A stretch of DNA of 39,399 bases, taken from NCBI GenBank assembly GCA_904063045.1, contig CAJFCJ010000192.1, positions 1 through 39,399 of the forward strand. Direction: 5' to 3'. Below are positions 21,732-31,739 of this stretch, piece after piece. The position numbers and the translations under genes are program-made. Each line of letters starts with the position of its first letter. Position 1 is the first letter of the stretch. The notes beneath the pieces are model-generated. The model was not told the DNA's origin and made no database searches. It saw nothing but the letters and a program-made list of their open reading frames with translations. Source of the DNA: Dimorphilus gyrociliatus (taxonomy: Eukaryota; Animalia; Annelida).

Positions 21732-23156
21732 TTATACCAGAATTTTAGATTCTAGTCTTGTAATATACTTTTTATGTATATCATCCGAAAATTGACATAG
21801 ATGGAAAAGTATCATTTCCAGATCATCTAACCTTAAAATAGCTTCAAAGTCGTTACTAGTTAAATCTGAATTCATAGATAAGTCTAGAACTTTTAGTTTA
21901 GTTAGTTTATATATATTTTTTATCATACCAACAACATCACAATTTATCAATATCAAACTTTCAAGGTTTTTACATTCAAAAATTGCCTCGAAATCCTGTA
22001 CCTGCATAGTTCTATTATATGATAGATCAAGCTCTCTAAGTGTAGTAAGACTAGAAATATTACCCAAAACATTACCGATACAACAGTTTCTAAGGCTTAA
22101 ACTTTCTATTCTCTTGCACTTTACTACATTTTCAAAGTCGGATAATTTTAAGGGGATATCATTTTCTGATTTCATATTTAAACTTAGAGACGTCAAATTA
22201 TATAACTTTTCAATTCCATTAAGGTTATTCTGGTAATTACAGCTGTTCAAATTCAGCTTTTCTAGACTAGTACAGTTAAAAATTCCTGTAAAATCATTTT
22301 CATGTAAATTGTTATTTTCTGACAAATTCAACTCTTTCAGATTAAACAGATTTTTTATGTTTAATAGATCGCTATAAATATTACAGCCTTTTAACTTAAG
22401 CTTTTCCAAAGAGTCGCAATTTAATATACCATTAAAATCTTCAACGAAAAGATGTGTATTCCCAGATAAGTCTAGAGATTTAAGACTAGTTAGCTTATTG
22501 ATTTGTCCCAGCTGCTTGTTTATGTTATTAAAAGTCATTTTCAATTTAATTATTGATTCTGTCTTTATTATTTCTTGAATGTCGTTTGTAGTCAGACCAT
22601 TTGAGCTATGTATCTTCAATGTTCTTAAAAAAATAGGCCATTTTCCATACGATAATAAATTGAGTAAATCACTATTTATTATAGTCAGCTCTCTTAAAGA
22701 TAAACATTCTTTAATTTCTGATATACCAAAGAAATTTAGATTGGAACAATTTATAATTTCCAGTTTTTTAAGTTTTTTAAGCAAAGACAAATCAACCAAA
22801 TCGTTCATATTACAGTTATAAAACCGTATTTCTTCAATCTTATGATAATGACCTATATAGTAAAATGCTTCATCATCCAAACAATTTATATTACTTAATA
22901 TTAATATCTTTAGATTATTCAAATGCCAAAGTAAATTTATAATTTTTACATCTTTTGAGTTATTAACTTCAAAATAAGTTAGATCATTTAAATTGGCTTC
23001 TTCATCTAGTAAATCATTATTCTTCATGTAGCTTATTAGTTTTTTTTGTTCTTCTTCTGAGCTAAGTACCGTGCAAAAAGCCTTTAAATTGTTTGATTGT
23101 AGCTGATAAAGTGCTTGGTAAGAAAAAATAATAACTTTCAATAAATTAAAAATCAT
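21732..23156 (-). CDS. Leucine-rich repeat protein, possibly secreted
   Basis: Alternating LxxLDLSxN / LExLxLxxC units with ~48-aa period; hydrophobic N-terminus. Confidence 0.9.
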   Translation of the reverse strand: MIFNLLKVIIFSYQALYQLQSNNLKAFCTVLSSEEEQKKLISYMKNNDLLDEEANLNDLTYFEVNNSKDVKIINLLWHLNNLKILILSNINCLDDEAFYYIGHYHKIEEIRFYNCNMNDLVDLSLLKKLKKLEIINCSNLNFFGISEIKECLSLRELTIINSDLLNLLSYGKWPIFLRTLKIHSSNGLTTNDIQEIIKTESIIKLKMTFNNINKQLGQINKLTSLKSLDLSGNTHLFVEDFNGILNCDSLEKLKLKGCNIYSDLLNIKNLFNLKELNLSENNNLHENDFTGIFNCTSLEKLNLNSCNYQNNLNGIEKLYNLTSLSLNMKSENDIPLKLSDFENVVKCKRIESLSLRNCCIGNVLGNISSLTTLRELDLSYNRTMQVQDFEAIFECKNLESLILINCDVVGMIKNIYKLTKLKVLDLSMNSDLTSNDFEAILRLDDLEMILFHLCQFSDDIHKKYITRLESKILV

Positions 23157-24214
23157 ACGTAATGAGTTCTAATTTTTTTATAAACTTTGTATGACATCAT
23201 CATTATTTTGAATTATTCTATAAAGTTATTAATTAGTAATATTTTTTATAAAAGATAGGTGAAATGAGAAATTGTGTACTAAAGATAAAATAATTATCCT
23301 GTTTAGGAAATAGTACTTATTTAAGAAATTTACCATATTTTAGAGTACCAAAATGAATACAGTTTTCCCTTTTAAAAAATTACTTAATTTATCTCTAAAA
23401 TGCTTTAAAAGGCAGTTTTAATCAAAAAAGCAAAACATGTAATTTTGTTATATCTTAAAAGTTTTTCTAAAAACTATTATTACTTCAATCATTGAGTTAA
23501 ATAAAAGTCAATTTTATATTAAAAAAATCTAAATCTGCTCTTTTAACATAAAAATATACATTTTAAAAAGTATTCAATCTAGTATAATTTATAAAGATAT
23601 ACAAATTTAATGTTTTATAAACATCAATTGAACAGTATTTAAAATATTTTTTTTAATAGAAAAGGGAAATTTTATTCCAGAATTAAAAATAAAATGATTT
23701 TTATTTTAATTAGTACTAAATCTTATGCTTAAAATTGTACAATACTAAATAAAAAAATATTTTTTAAATTTTTTCTATTAAAAGGTGTTTTTAATATTTT
23801 AATATAAAAATCTATCAAAAGGTTTAAATTTAAAATAATATCATCAGTTGTTAGTAAAAATAAATATATCTTGTGTTTTAGTAGTGTAAATTTAAAGTAA
23901 CTTTCTATACAATTAATATAAAAATTTTCAACTCTAATATTAGTAAATACAGATTTAAATTGATAAATAAGAGACTTTAAATATAAATGATCACTATTTT
24001 TAATACAGATTTAAATTGATAAATAAAATTAAAAATAATTTAATTGTTCTAAAAATATTCAAATATAGAATTAAAATACAATTACTACTAATAGAAGTTG
24101 TTATATCCCATTTCTTTTTTAGTAAATTTTATATCAAAAAAATGAACCAAATGCTTTTTTTTTAAAAATTTTATATTTTAAAAAAATTATTTAAAATGGG
24201 TAAAAAATAAAAAG

Positions 24215-26101
24215 ATGGTACACAAAATAAACTCAATTCCTATAGACTTCCCATTTAAACCGTACCCTGCTCAATTAGTATCTGCGTCTAAGATATTCGA
24301 ATGCTTAAATAAATCACAAAATGGTTTAATAGAAAGTCCAACTGGAACAGGTAAATCATTAAGTATTCTATGTTCAGTATTAGCATGGCAAGAACAAAGT
24401 AGTGTTAAACATAAAATTTACATATGCTCAAGAACTCATAACCAATTAGAACAACTTGTAAATCAACTTAAAAAAACAAGATATAAACCATCTACTACTA
24501 TTCTAGCATCTAGAAATATGTATTGTATAAATCCTATGGTAAGAAACTCCAAAGATAAAAACGTTCTTTGCAGGGAAGTAATAAAAAAACAGAAATGTAA
24601 ATTTTTTATGAATAAGGAAAAATTAGCAAAAGTTGTACCAAATGTATTTAATATTGAAGAATTGAAGTCATATGGAAAGAGCTGTACTGGATGTCCGTAT
24701 TACGCTGCTAAGATAATGAATGATACAGTAGACTTAACTTTTATGCCTTATAACTATTTAATAGACCCTGTAATAAGAAGCTCTTTAAATATAAAGCTTA
24801 AAAACGCAATTATAATTATAGACGAAGCTCATAATATTGAAGATAGTTGTAGGGCTTCTGGATCCATCGATTTAAAAAATATTAGTATAGATAACATATT
24901 ATCTGAAATTTTACAAGGACTTAGAAAAGGTGTTGGTGATAAAAGAACAGATTTTGTAGTAATTTTAGCCTTTTTTAGGGATTTAAAAAAATTTATAGAA
25001 AATAAAAAATTGGTGTTAAAAGGAACAAAAATTATTGACTTCTTTAAAAGTATGAAAATTACATCTGGTATTAAAAATGACACTGAAGAAAGTGACATGA
25101 AAAAGCAAAAGAAAGTACAAAAATCTGCTTTTGAAGATTTTATAAGCCAAGTTAAATCTTCCTATTTAACACTAATGAAATCAGAATTTAACTTTTCATT
25201 TTCTCAAATTTTTGAAAAGCTAATTTACATTTTAGAGGCAATTTTTAGTTTCCCTACTGAGTTTGGTTTAAAGATTGAAAATGGAATTTTTATTTACCTT
25301 TTAAATCCAGGTGTAGTCTTCCGAGAGTTATTAAAGTCTAAGTCTGTAATTTTACTTTCAGGTACACTCCAGCCATTCAAAATTCTTTCAAGTGAATTAA
25401 ATGCTAAATTTGATGTTATAACAGAAGCACCTCATATTCTAAAAAAAGATCAAATTTTTGTCGCATCTATTAGTAAGTATTTAGAAAAGACCACAAAAAA
25501 CAGTATCGAGCTATCAGGAACTTACCAAAACCTTAACGACAAGTTTTTCTCTGCACTAAAGAGTATAGTATCTGATATATCTCGTTCTGTTATAGGTGGA
25601 ACATTAGTATTTGTACCATCTTATAACTTTTTGAATAACCTAAAACTTAAAAGAAAGAATGTATTTTATGAAAACGAACAAAACGCACTTGAAAATTATA
25701 TAAACAATATAGAAAACAACTCAGTATTGGTTTGCGTTTACAGAGGAAAACTAAGTGAAGGTTACGATTTCAAAGATAAACTAGCAAGATGTGTAATCTG
25801 TATTGGTATTCCATATCCTAGTCTTAAAGATACACAAGTAATGATGAAGAAGCAACATGATAATGGTAGCTTTTGGTACACATCACAAGCTTATAGAGCA
25901 GTAAATCAAGCATTAGGAAGGATTGTAAGACATTCAGAAGACTTTGGAGCTATTTTTCTACTAGATAGTAGATACCAAAAAAATAGGTATTATGGGCTGT
26001 CCAAGTGGGTACAAGAACATGCAAACGGATACCAATATTATGATGATTGTAAAAATCAATTTGTGAAATTCATCAAAGATAAAGAATCTAGTAAAAATTA
26101 A
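24215..26101 (+). CDS. XPD-family Fe-S helicase, FANCJ/RTEL1-like
   Basis: FPFKPYPAQ, ESPTGTGKS, SRTH.QL, Cys cluster (CINP..C..C..CPYY), DEAH, SGTL, RAVNQALGR. Confidence 0.92.
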   Translation: MVHKINSIPIDFPFKPYPAQLVSASKIFECLNKSQNGLIESPTGTGKSLSILCSVLAWQEQSSVKHKIYICSRTHNQLEQLVNQLKKTRYKPSTTILASRNMYCINPMVRNSKDKNVLCREVIKKQKCKFFMNKEKLAKVVPNVFNIEELKSYGKSCTGCPYYAAKIMNDTVDLTFMPYNYLIDPVIRSSLNIKLKNAIIIIDEAHNIEDSCRASGSIDLKNISIDNILSEILQGLRKGVGDKRTDFVVILAFFRDLKKFIENKKLVLKGTKIIDFFKSMKITSGIKNDTEESDMKKQKKVQKSAFEDFISQVKSSYLTLMKSEFNFSFSQIFEKLIYILEAIFSFPTEFGLKIENGIFIYLLNPGVVFRELLKSKSVILLSGTLQPFKILSSELNAKFDVITEAPHILKKDQIFVASISKYLEKTTKNSIELSGTYQNLNDKFFSALKSIVSDISRSVIGGTLVFVPSYNFLNNLKLKRKNVFYENEQNALENYINNIENNSVLVCVYRGKLSEGYDFKDKLARCVICIGIPYPSLKDTQVMMKKQHDNGSFWYTSQAYRAVNQALGRIVRHSEDFGAIFLLDSRYQKNRYYGLSKWVQEHANGYQYYDDCKNQFVKFIKDKESSKN

Positions 26102-26104
26102 AGA

Positions 26105-26450
26105 ATTCAAAAAATTTAAAATTCTTCATTTTAAAATAAATTTAAAAAAATTAAAAAACTGAAATTCTTCATTTTAAAAAAAGTTTAAAAAAATTCAAAA
26201 AATTCAAAAAAAACAAAAAATTAAAAAAATTCAAAAAAACTTTATATAAAAGTGTATAGAGTATATTATGAAAAAAAATTAAAAATTCTTCATTTTAAAA
26301 AAAATTCAAAAAATTAAAAATTCTTCATTTTAAAAAAAACAAAAAATTAAAAAAATTCAAAAAAACTTTATATAAAAGTGTATAGAGTATATTATGAAAA
26401 AAAATTAAAAATTCTTCATTTTAAAAAAAATTTAAAAAAAAACAAAAAAA
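26105..26450. repeat. Nested local duplications downstream of the helicase, including two copies of a 24-nt hairpin
   Basis: aaattcttcattttaaaa about x5; actttatataaaagtgtatagagtatattatg x2. Confidence 0.85.
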
Positions 26451-26599
26451 AAACAAATCTAAAATCATAATATATAATAAAAATTAAATATTGTTACATC
26501 AAAAACTATTTTGACAATTTTAGTAAAATTAAAACAATTTTTAAAATTATTTTTCCCTCCATTAAGGTTTAAAAGAAGGAACCCTTCCATGAATTAATA

Positions 26600-26836
26600 A
26601 TGCTACCTGAACAAGAGAATTTCAATCCAGAAACAAATACGTACTCTCCTAGAAGAAGAAGAACTTCAATAAAAAGAAGACCAATGGCTGATATAACTTT
26701 TAAGTTTCTGTCTAAAATTTCAAAGAAGAAACAATTGAAAGAAGAGAGTGACGGAAGTGTTGATCCAGAGTTAAAAGCACTATTTGATAAGCTACCAGAT
26801 TCTCCCTGTAAGAAAAGAGATCCTAGAGAGTTTTGA
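26600..26836 (+). CDS. Small basic hypothetical protein
   Basis: 78-aa ORF with coding-like composition in AT-rich flanks; SPRR and SPCK sites; RRPMADIT. Confidence 0.7.
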   Translation: MLPEQENFNPETNTYSPRRRRTSIKRRPMADITFKFLSKISKKKQLKEESDGSVDPELKALFDKLPDSPCKKRDPREF

Positions 26837-27266
26837 GTGGTAATACAACTTGTTATTAAATTTGTTTATAAATATTTTTTATTAAAGTTGAGAAATTATT
26901 TATAGATTGAATTAACATACCTTATGTATAATAATTTAATTTATAATTTTCTATTAACTTTATAATAGTTTTTAAATTCTACTAAATTAATATTTTATTT
27001 TATAATTTTCTATTAAATTAGGATAGAAAAAACAACTTTGTATTAATTCAAATCATTATTTAATTAATTAGTAAAATTAAAAAAAGGGTTAAAATTGAAT
27101 AAAAAAAAGATGATTTTATTAAATTTATTAGGGGTGTGTAATTTGAACTTACAACTCTTGAAAAGAAAAATACAGCTCTTTTAATAATATAATACATAAA
27201 TTAATATAGAATATAGAATATAATAGAAAACTTTTTATAGAATATAAATTAATAGAAAACTTTTAA

Positions 27267-27986
27267 TCAATTTTTCTTTTCTTCATTAATTTTATAAACC
27301 TCAAATAGCATGAGTAATCTAAGAATAAAATCTCTTGGCTCTGCTTTACAAATTTTATCTATCCAATCACAATTATTAGTAGAGAAATTATTAAAATAAT
27401 TAATAAAATCATAAGTTCTCATACTTATTTCATATTTCTTAATGAAATCTACTAAATTGTTACTAGAAAAACATTCTTGTATTATTTCATTATTTAAATT
27501 ATCCTTTGTTATTTTCTTTATCTGTTTTCTTATCATTAAATTTTTTTCATTTGTATAAATTTCTCTAAATTTTTTATTATCCTTATTTAGTAATACTAAA
27601 TTACTATTTAGTTTATCAAGTAATAATAATTGTAATATAACTTCTTTTCCATAAAAAACATTAGTAATTCTAATATCAATGGTATTATACGACTTTATAT
27701 ATTTTTTTAGATTATTTATTGTATCAACTATCATTAGAAAAAAAGAGTTAGAAAAATACAATTCTTCTGTATTTTCTAAGTAGGAAATTATACATTTCTC
27801 GTAAAATTGTACTTCATTATAAAAACTCTTACTACCTACTAGACTAGGTTTTAAACAAACCTTTTCGTCAAAAACTATATTTTTAAACTCATTCATAGTA
27901 TTTTTAAATTCATATTTAAGATCTTCTAAAGATTGTCTATCATCCTCACCTGTTAATGAATATAGATTAAATAATACTTCAAACAT
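27267..27986 (-). CDS. Hypothetical protein
   Basis: 239-aa ORF with upstream CCC motif. Confidence 0.7.
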   Translation of the reverse strand: MFEVLFNLYSLTGEDDRQSLEDLKYEFKNTMNEFKNIVFDEKVCLKPSLVGSKSFYNEVQFYEKCIISYLENTEELYFSNSFFLMIVDTINNLKKYIKSYNTIDIRITNVFYGKEVILQLLLLDKLNSNLVLLNKDNKKFREIYTNEKNLMIRKQIKKITKDNLNNEIIQECFSSNNLVDFIKKYEISMRTYDFINYFNNFSTNNCDWIDKICKAEPRDFILRLLMLFEVYKINEEKKN

Positions 27987-28176
27987 AGCTTTTCTTTTGG
28001 GATTAAATAATTATAAATAGTGTTTCAAAAAAGAAGTAAGTTATTGATCAAAGTTAACACGTCAAAATTAACAACTTATTAAAAATGTATAAAACAGACT
28101 TAAGAATTACTGGTTTTTTTAATTTTTTTTATTAAAAGAATATTTTATTTATATAAATATATATTATTTATAAATA

Positions 28177-28289
28177 ATACACGGTCATATCTACTAGGTA
28201 CACCGGATCCCGTCCGATCTCCGAAGTTAAGCTAGTAAGAGCTTGGTGAGTACTGAGGGGTACCTTGGGAAACCTAAGTACTGTGTTTT
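28177..28289 (+). rRNA. 5S rRNA
   Basis: CATATC, CCGGATCCCGTCCGATCTCCGAAGTTAAGC and GTACTG; helix I ACACGGT/ACTGTGT; oligo-T Pol III terminator. Confidence 0.97.
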
Positions 28290-28463
28290 TTTAAATTTAA
28301 ATAAAAATTTAACAATTATAAATCTTTTCTAATTTTTATAATAAAATAATCTAATTTAAAAAAGTTTTTATAATAAAAAATTGTTATTTTAAAAAGTTTT
28401 TATAATAAAAAAATAATGTAATTTTGAAAAGTTTTTTTAATAAAAAAGAGTTTTTATTTAAAG

Positions 28464-28532
28464 TGCCTCAGAATACCGTAGTTATGTTTCATCAACTGTT
28501 GTATCTATCAGTTTAGAATGTCATCACAGGCA
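28464..28532 (-). ncRNA. Box C/D snoRNA
   Basis: C GTGATGA (28527-28521), D' CTGA (28511-28508), C' TGATGA (28494-28489), D CTGA (28471-28468), terminal stem TGCC/GGCA, CCC motif 3 nt upstream. Confidence 0.88.
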
Positions 28533-28999
28533 AAGGGTTAAATAATTTTTTTTATAAATAATTTCTAAATTTTCTAGAAAAAATAAAAAAATTAAAAAAA
28601 TAAAAAAACTTTATATAGAAGTGTATAGAGTAGTATATAATAAGAAATATAAAATTTAAAAATTATGATATTTTTTAAAAAACTATAAAAGCTTTATATA
28701 GAAAAGTATAGATTAATGTTATGAAAAAAAAATGAAAAAAAGATAAATTTGAAAAAATTGTGAAAATAAAAACAGAATAACTCTTAAAAAGAATTATTAC
28801 TAAATCTATACATAAAACTATAAATATTTATTATATGTATAAAATCAGCAACAACTCTTCGTTTTTTGTCATAATCATTCAAATTTATTCTATTTTCATC
28901 GAATCTTTAAAGTATTATTTTTTTAATGACTTTATGAAGATATTAATACTGTTATACTAAAGATATCAACTAAATATCTCTTAATATAGATGTATAGTA

Positions 29000-30550
29000 T
29001 TACCATCTTCTGTTGTACTGACTTTTAAATCTCTTGTTGTCAGAGAATCCTCTTCTTGGTATCAATTTAATTAATTCTTCAGGTACTCTTTGATTTGCTT
29101 GTCTTAAAATTCCTACCAATTCTTTAGCAGAGTATTTGTTCTCTGAGGTAACAAAAGAATAAGCAATTCCTTTCTTTGTATCTCCTCTGGCAGTTCTTCC
29201 TATTCTATGAATGTAACTTTCACAGTTTGTTGGGAAATCAAAGTTTACAACTGCTACGACATCTTTAACATCTAAACCTCTCGCTGCTACATCAGTTGCT
29301 ACTAAAATATTGCTAATTCCTCTTTTAAAATTGCTTATTACTCTATCTCTTACATTCTGTGCTTTGTCTCCATGGATAGCAGCTGCTCTGTATTTGTCTA
29401 TTCCTAATTCTTTTTCTAATTCGTCACAATTTCTTTTCGTGTTACAAAATAGAATTACTTTCTCATTTCCTAATGTTTTAAGAGTTTCAATTAGTTCAGT
29501 GTATTTGTCTCTCTCTTCTACTACCTTTACTATCTGTTCTATCTTATGATTACTTGTTAAGTCTTCAGATCCAATTCTTATCTGAATAGGTTCTTTCATA
29601 AAACTTTGGGCTAGACTTCTGACCTCCTTAGGCCAAGTTGCAGACCACATTAAAGTTTGTCTTTTTGGATTAGTATTAGGTATTATCTTTCTTAATTGTG
29701 GCTCAAATCCCATATCAAGCATTCTATCAGCTTCGTCTAATACTAAAAATGTTACTCTTGAAAGAGAAAAGATTCCTTGGTTATATAAATCTATAAGTCT
29801 ACCAGGAGTTGCTACTAAAACTTCTACTCCATTTCTTAAATCTCTTTTTTGTGGAAATGCACTTGTTCCTCCATAAATTGCAGTATTTCTCATACCATAT
29901 ATATTAGCATAGTCATCAACTACTTCTTTTATTTGAAGACAAAGTTCACGTGTTGGTGCTAGAATTAAAATTATAGGTCCATCATCACCTTTTATTGGTG
30001 TTTGTCTGCTTGCATGTATAAGTGCAGGTAAAACAAAGGATAGAGTTTTACCAGATCCAGTTTGTGCGATACCAACCATGTCTTTTCCTGTAAGTGCCAT
30101 TGTCCAGCCTTGTGCTTGTATAGGAGTAGGTTTATCGTATTTAGCTCTTCTGAATTGATCTTCGACTCCTCTTCCAAAATTAATATCCTCAAAGTTGAGA
30201 ACTGGTGGTTTTATAGAATCTCCTTCTATTTTCATACTATTTTCATCTCTATAAGCTTGAGCTTGTTTTTCTGGTATTTCATTTCTTATTAAATCATTAT
30301 AAAAATCTTTTTCAAAGTCAACCTCTCTGGTTTTCATTGGTTCTCCTTTTCCACTCCATGAATTGTTTCTAGAGAATGAATTTGTGTTATTTTGATTGTT
30401 TCTAGACCAAGTACCGGTATTAGTTCTATTTCTTGACCAACCACCTCCAAAGCTTGTGCTACTGCTTTTTGATTGGTTGTTTTTTGTGTTTCTTGTCCAT
30501 TTGGATGAATTATCATCTGTGTTGTCCCAACTGCTTTTATAATTTGTCAT
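29000..30550 (-). CDS. DBP2: DEAD-box RNA helicase Dbp2/p68
   Basis: PTPIQAQGW, AQTGSGKT, PTREL, DEADRMLDMGFEPQ, SAT, HRIGRTAR. Confidence 0.95.
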   Translation of the reverse strand: MTNYKSSWDNTDDNSSKWTRNTKNNQSKSSSTSFGGGWSRNRTNTGTWSRNNQNNTNSFSRNNSWSGKGEPMKTREVDFEKDFYNDLIRNEIPEKQAQAYRDENSMKIEGDSIKPPVLNFEDINFGRGVEDQFRRAKYDKPTPIQAQGWTMALTGKDMVGIAQTGSGKTLSFVLPALIHASRQTPIKGDDGPIILILAPTRELCLQIKEVVDDYANIYGMRNTAIYGGTSAFPQKRDLRNGVEVLVATPGRLIDLYNQGIFSLSRVTFLVLDEADRMLDMGFEPQLRKIIPNTNPKRQTLMWSATWPKEVRSLAQSFMKEPIQIRIGSEDLTSNHKIEQIVKVVEERDKYTELIETLKTLGNEKVILFCNTKRNCDELEKELGIDKYRAAAIHGDKAQNVRDRVISNFKRGISNILVATDVAARGLDVKDVVAVVNFDFPTNCESYIHRIGRTARGDTKKGIAYSFVTSENKYSAKELVGILRQANQRVPEELIKLIPRRGFSDNKRFKSQYNRRW

Positions 30551-30599
30551 ATTTACTTGAAGGGTGTAAAATTTTTTTTTATAAAACTTTTTTTTTTAA

Positions 30600-31170
30600 A
30601 AATTTTAAAAATATTTTTTAGAGAATTGAACTTTACTAGATAGAATTTAAATTTTTTTAAAAATATTTTTTAGAATTTAAAAAAAAGTAATTTTTAAGGA
30701 ATTGAACTTTACTAGATAGAATTTAAATTTTTTTAATAAATAATTTTTAGAATTTAAAAAAAAGTAATTTTTAAGGAATTGAACTTAACTAGATAGAATT
30801 TAAATTTTTTTAAAAATATTTTTTAGAATTTAAAAAAAAAGTGATTTTTAAGGAATTGAACTTAACTAGATAGAATTTAAATTTTTTTAAAAATATTTTT
30901 TAGAATTTAAAAAAAAAGTGATTTTTAAGGAATTGAACTTTACTAGATAGAATTTAAATTTTTTTAAAAATATTTTTTAGAATTTAAAAAAAAGTAATTT
31001 TTGAGAATCGAACTTTACTAGATAGAATTTAAAGTTTTTTTAATAAATAATTTTCAAAGAATCGAACTTTATTATATGAAGGTTAATATAAAATAATTTT
31101 TAGAATTTAAAAAAAAAGTGTTTTTAAGGAATCGAACTTTACTAGATAGAAATTTAAAATTTTTTAAAAT
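30600..31170. repeat. Tandem array, ~8 copies of a ~76-bp unit between RPS13 and DBP2
   Basis: gaat(t/c)gaactt at 30623, 30699, 30776, 30853, 30930, 31005, 31059 and 31129. Confidence 0.95.
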
Positions 31171-31178
31171 AAATAGAT

Positions 31179-31622
31179 TTACTTAGTAACTAAGAAAGAT
31201 GGTTTCCACTTCTTCTCAAGATCTCCCTTCCCCTTATAGTATCTAACTAATCTATAAAGCTTAGACTCTGTTGATGTAAGTCTGTATCGTGCATCTTTAT
31301 CATTTTTTTGCTTTCTTAAATGATTTCTAATGTTTGTTGATTTTTTTATCAAGGCTTGTAAATCTTCAGGAATTGCAGGTTTAAGATCTGCTTCTTTAAG
31401 AACCTGTAGTACTTTCTTATGACATATTGAAAATAGTTGTCCTATTCCATATTCGTCTCTTAATTTATTTCCAATTGCTGAGCAAGTTAAACCTTTCTTT
31501 GCAAAATTAATTACGAGTTCTTCAACTTCTTTTGGTGTCATTTGTAAATAATTTGGGAATGCTGAGTTGTAAGGAATTGTAGACTTGGATTTACCTTTCG
31601 AGTTGCAGTGCATTCTTGCCAT
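31179..31622 (-). CDS. RPS13: 40S ribosomal protein S13 (uS15)
   Basis: MARMH, G.T.S.IG..LRD.YGI, PEDL..L, HL....ND.DA.YRL, RL.RYY. Confidence 0.96.
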   Translation of the reverse strand: MARMHCNSKGKSKSTIPYNSAFPNYLQMTPKEVEELVINFAKKGLTCSAIGNKLRDEYGIGQLFSICHKKVLQVLKEADLKPAIPEDLQALIKKSTNIRNHLRKQKNDKDARYRLTSTESKLYRLVRYYKGKGDLEKKWKPSFLVTK

Positions 31623-31645
31623 TTTTTAGGGAGGGTTAAATTTTT
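31623..31645 (-). promoter_or_regulatory. AAATTT plus CCC start-proximal signal (RPS13; representative of most genes here)
   Basis: AAAATTTAACCCTCCCTAAAAAATG. Similar CCC motifs precede UBA4, RPL29, SWIB, FRS1, 11249-ORF, 15742-ORF, eIF4E, 17590-ORF, PI31-like, GYF, 27267-ORF and DBP2. Confidence 0.8.
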
Positions 31646-31739
31646 TTTCTTAAAACAAAATTTTTATTTAAAGAGGAAATTTAATACAAATAATAAACTT
31701 GAGTTTAATAAAGAACATTTTAATAAAAAGGTGGTAAAT

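Noticed and set aside
27125-27175. tRNA T-loop-like GTTCAAAT on the minus strand
   Set aside because: T stem does not pair and no cloverleaf forms.
30600-31170. CRISPR-like regular repeats (also 6385-6915)
   Set aside because: Whole units repeat with no unique spacers; eukaryotic context, no cas genes.
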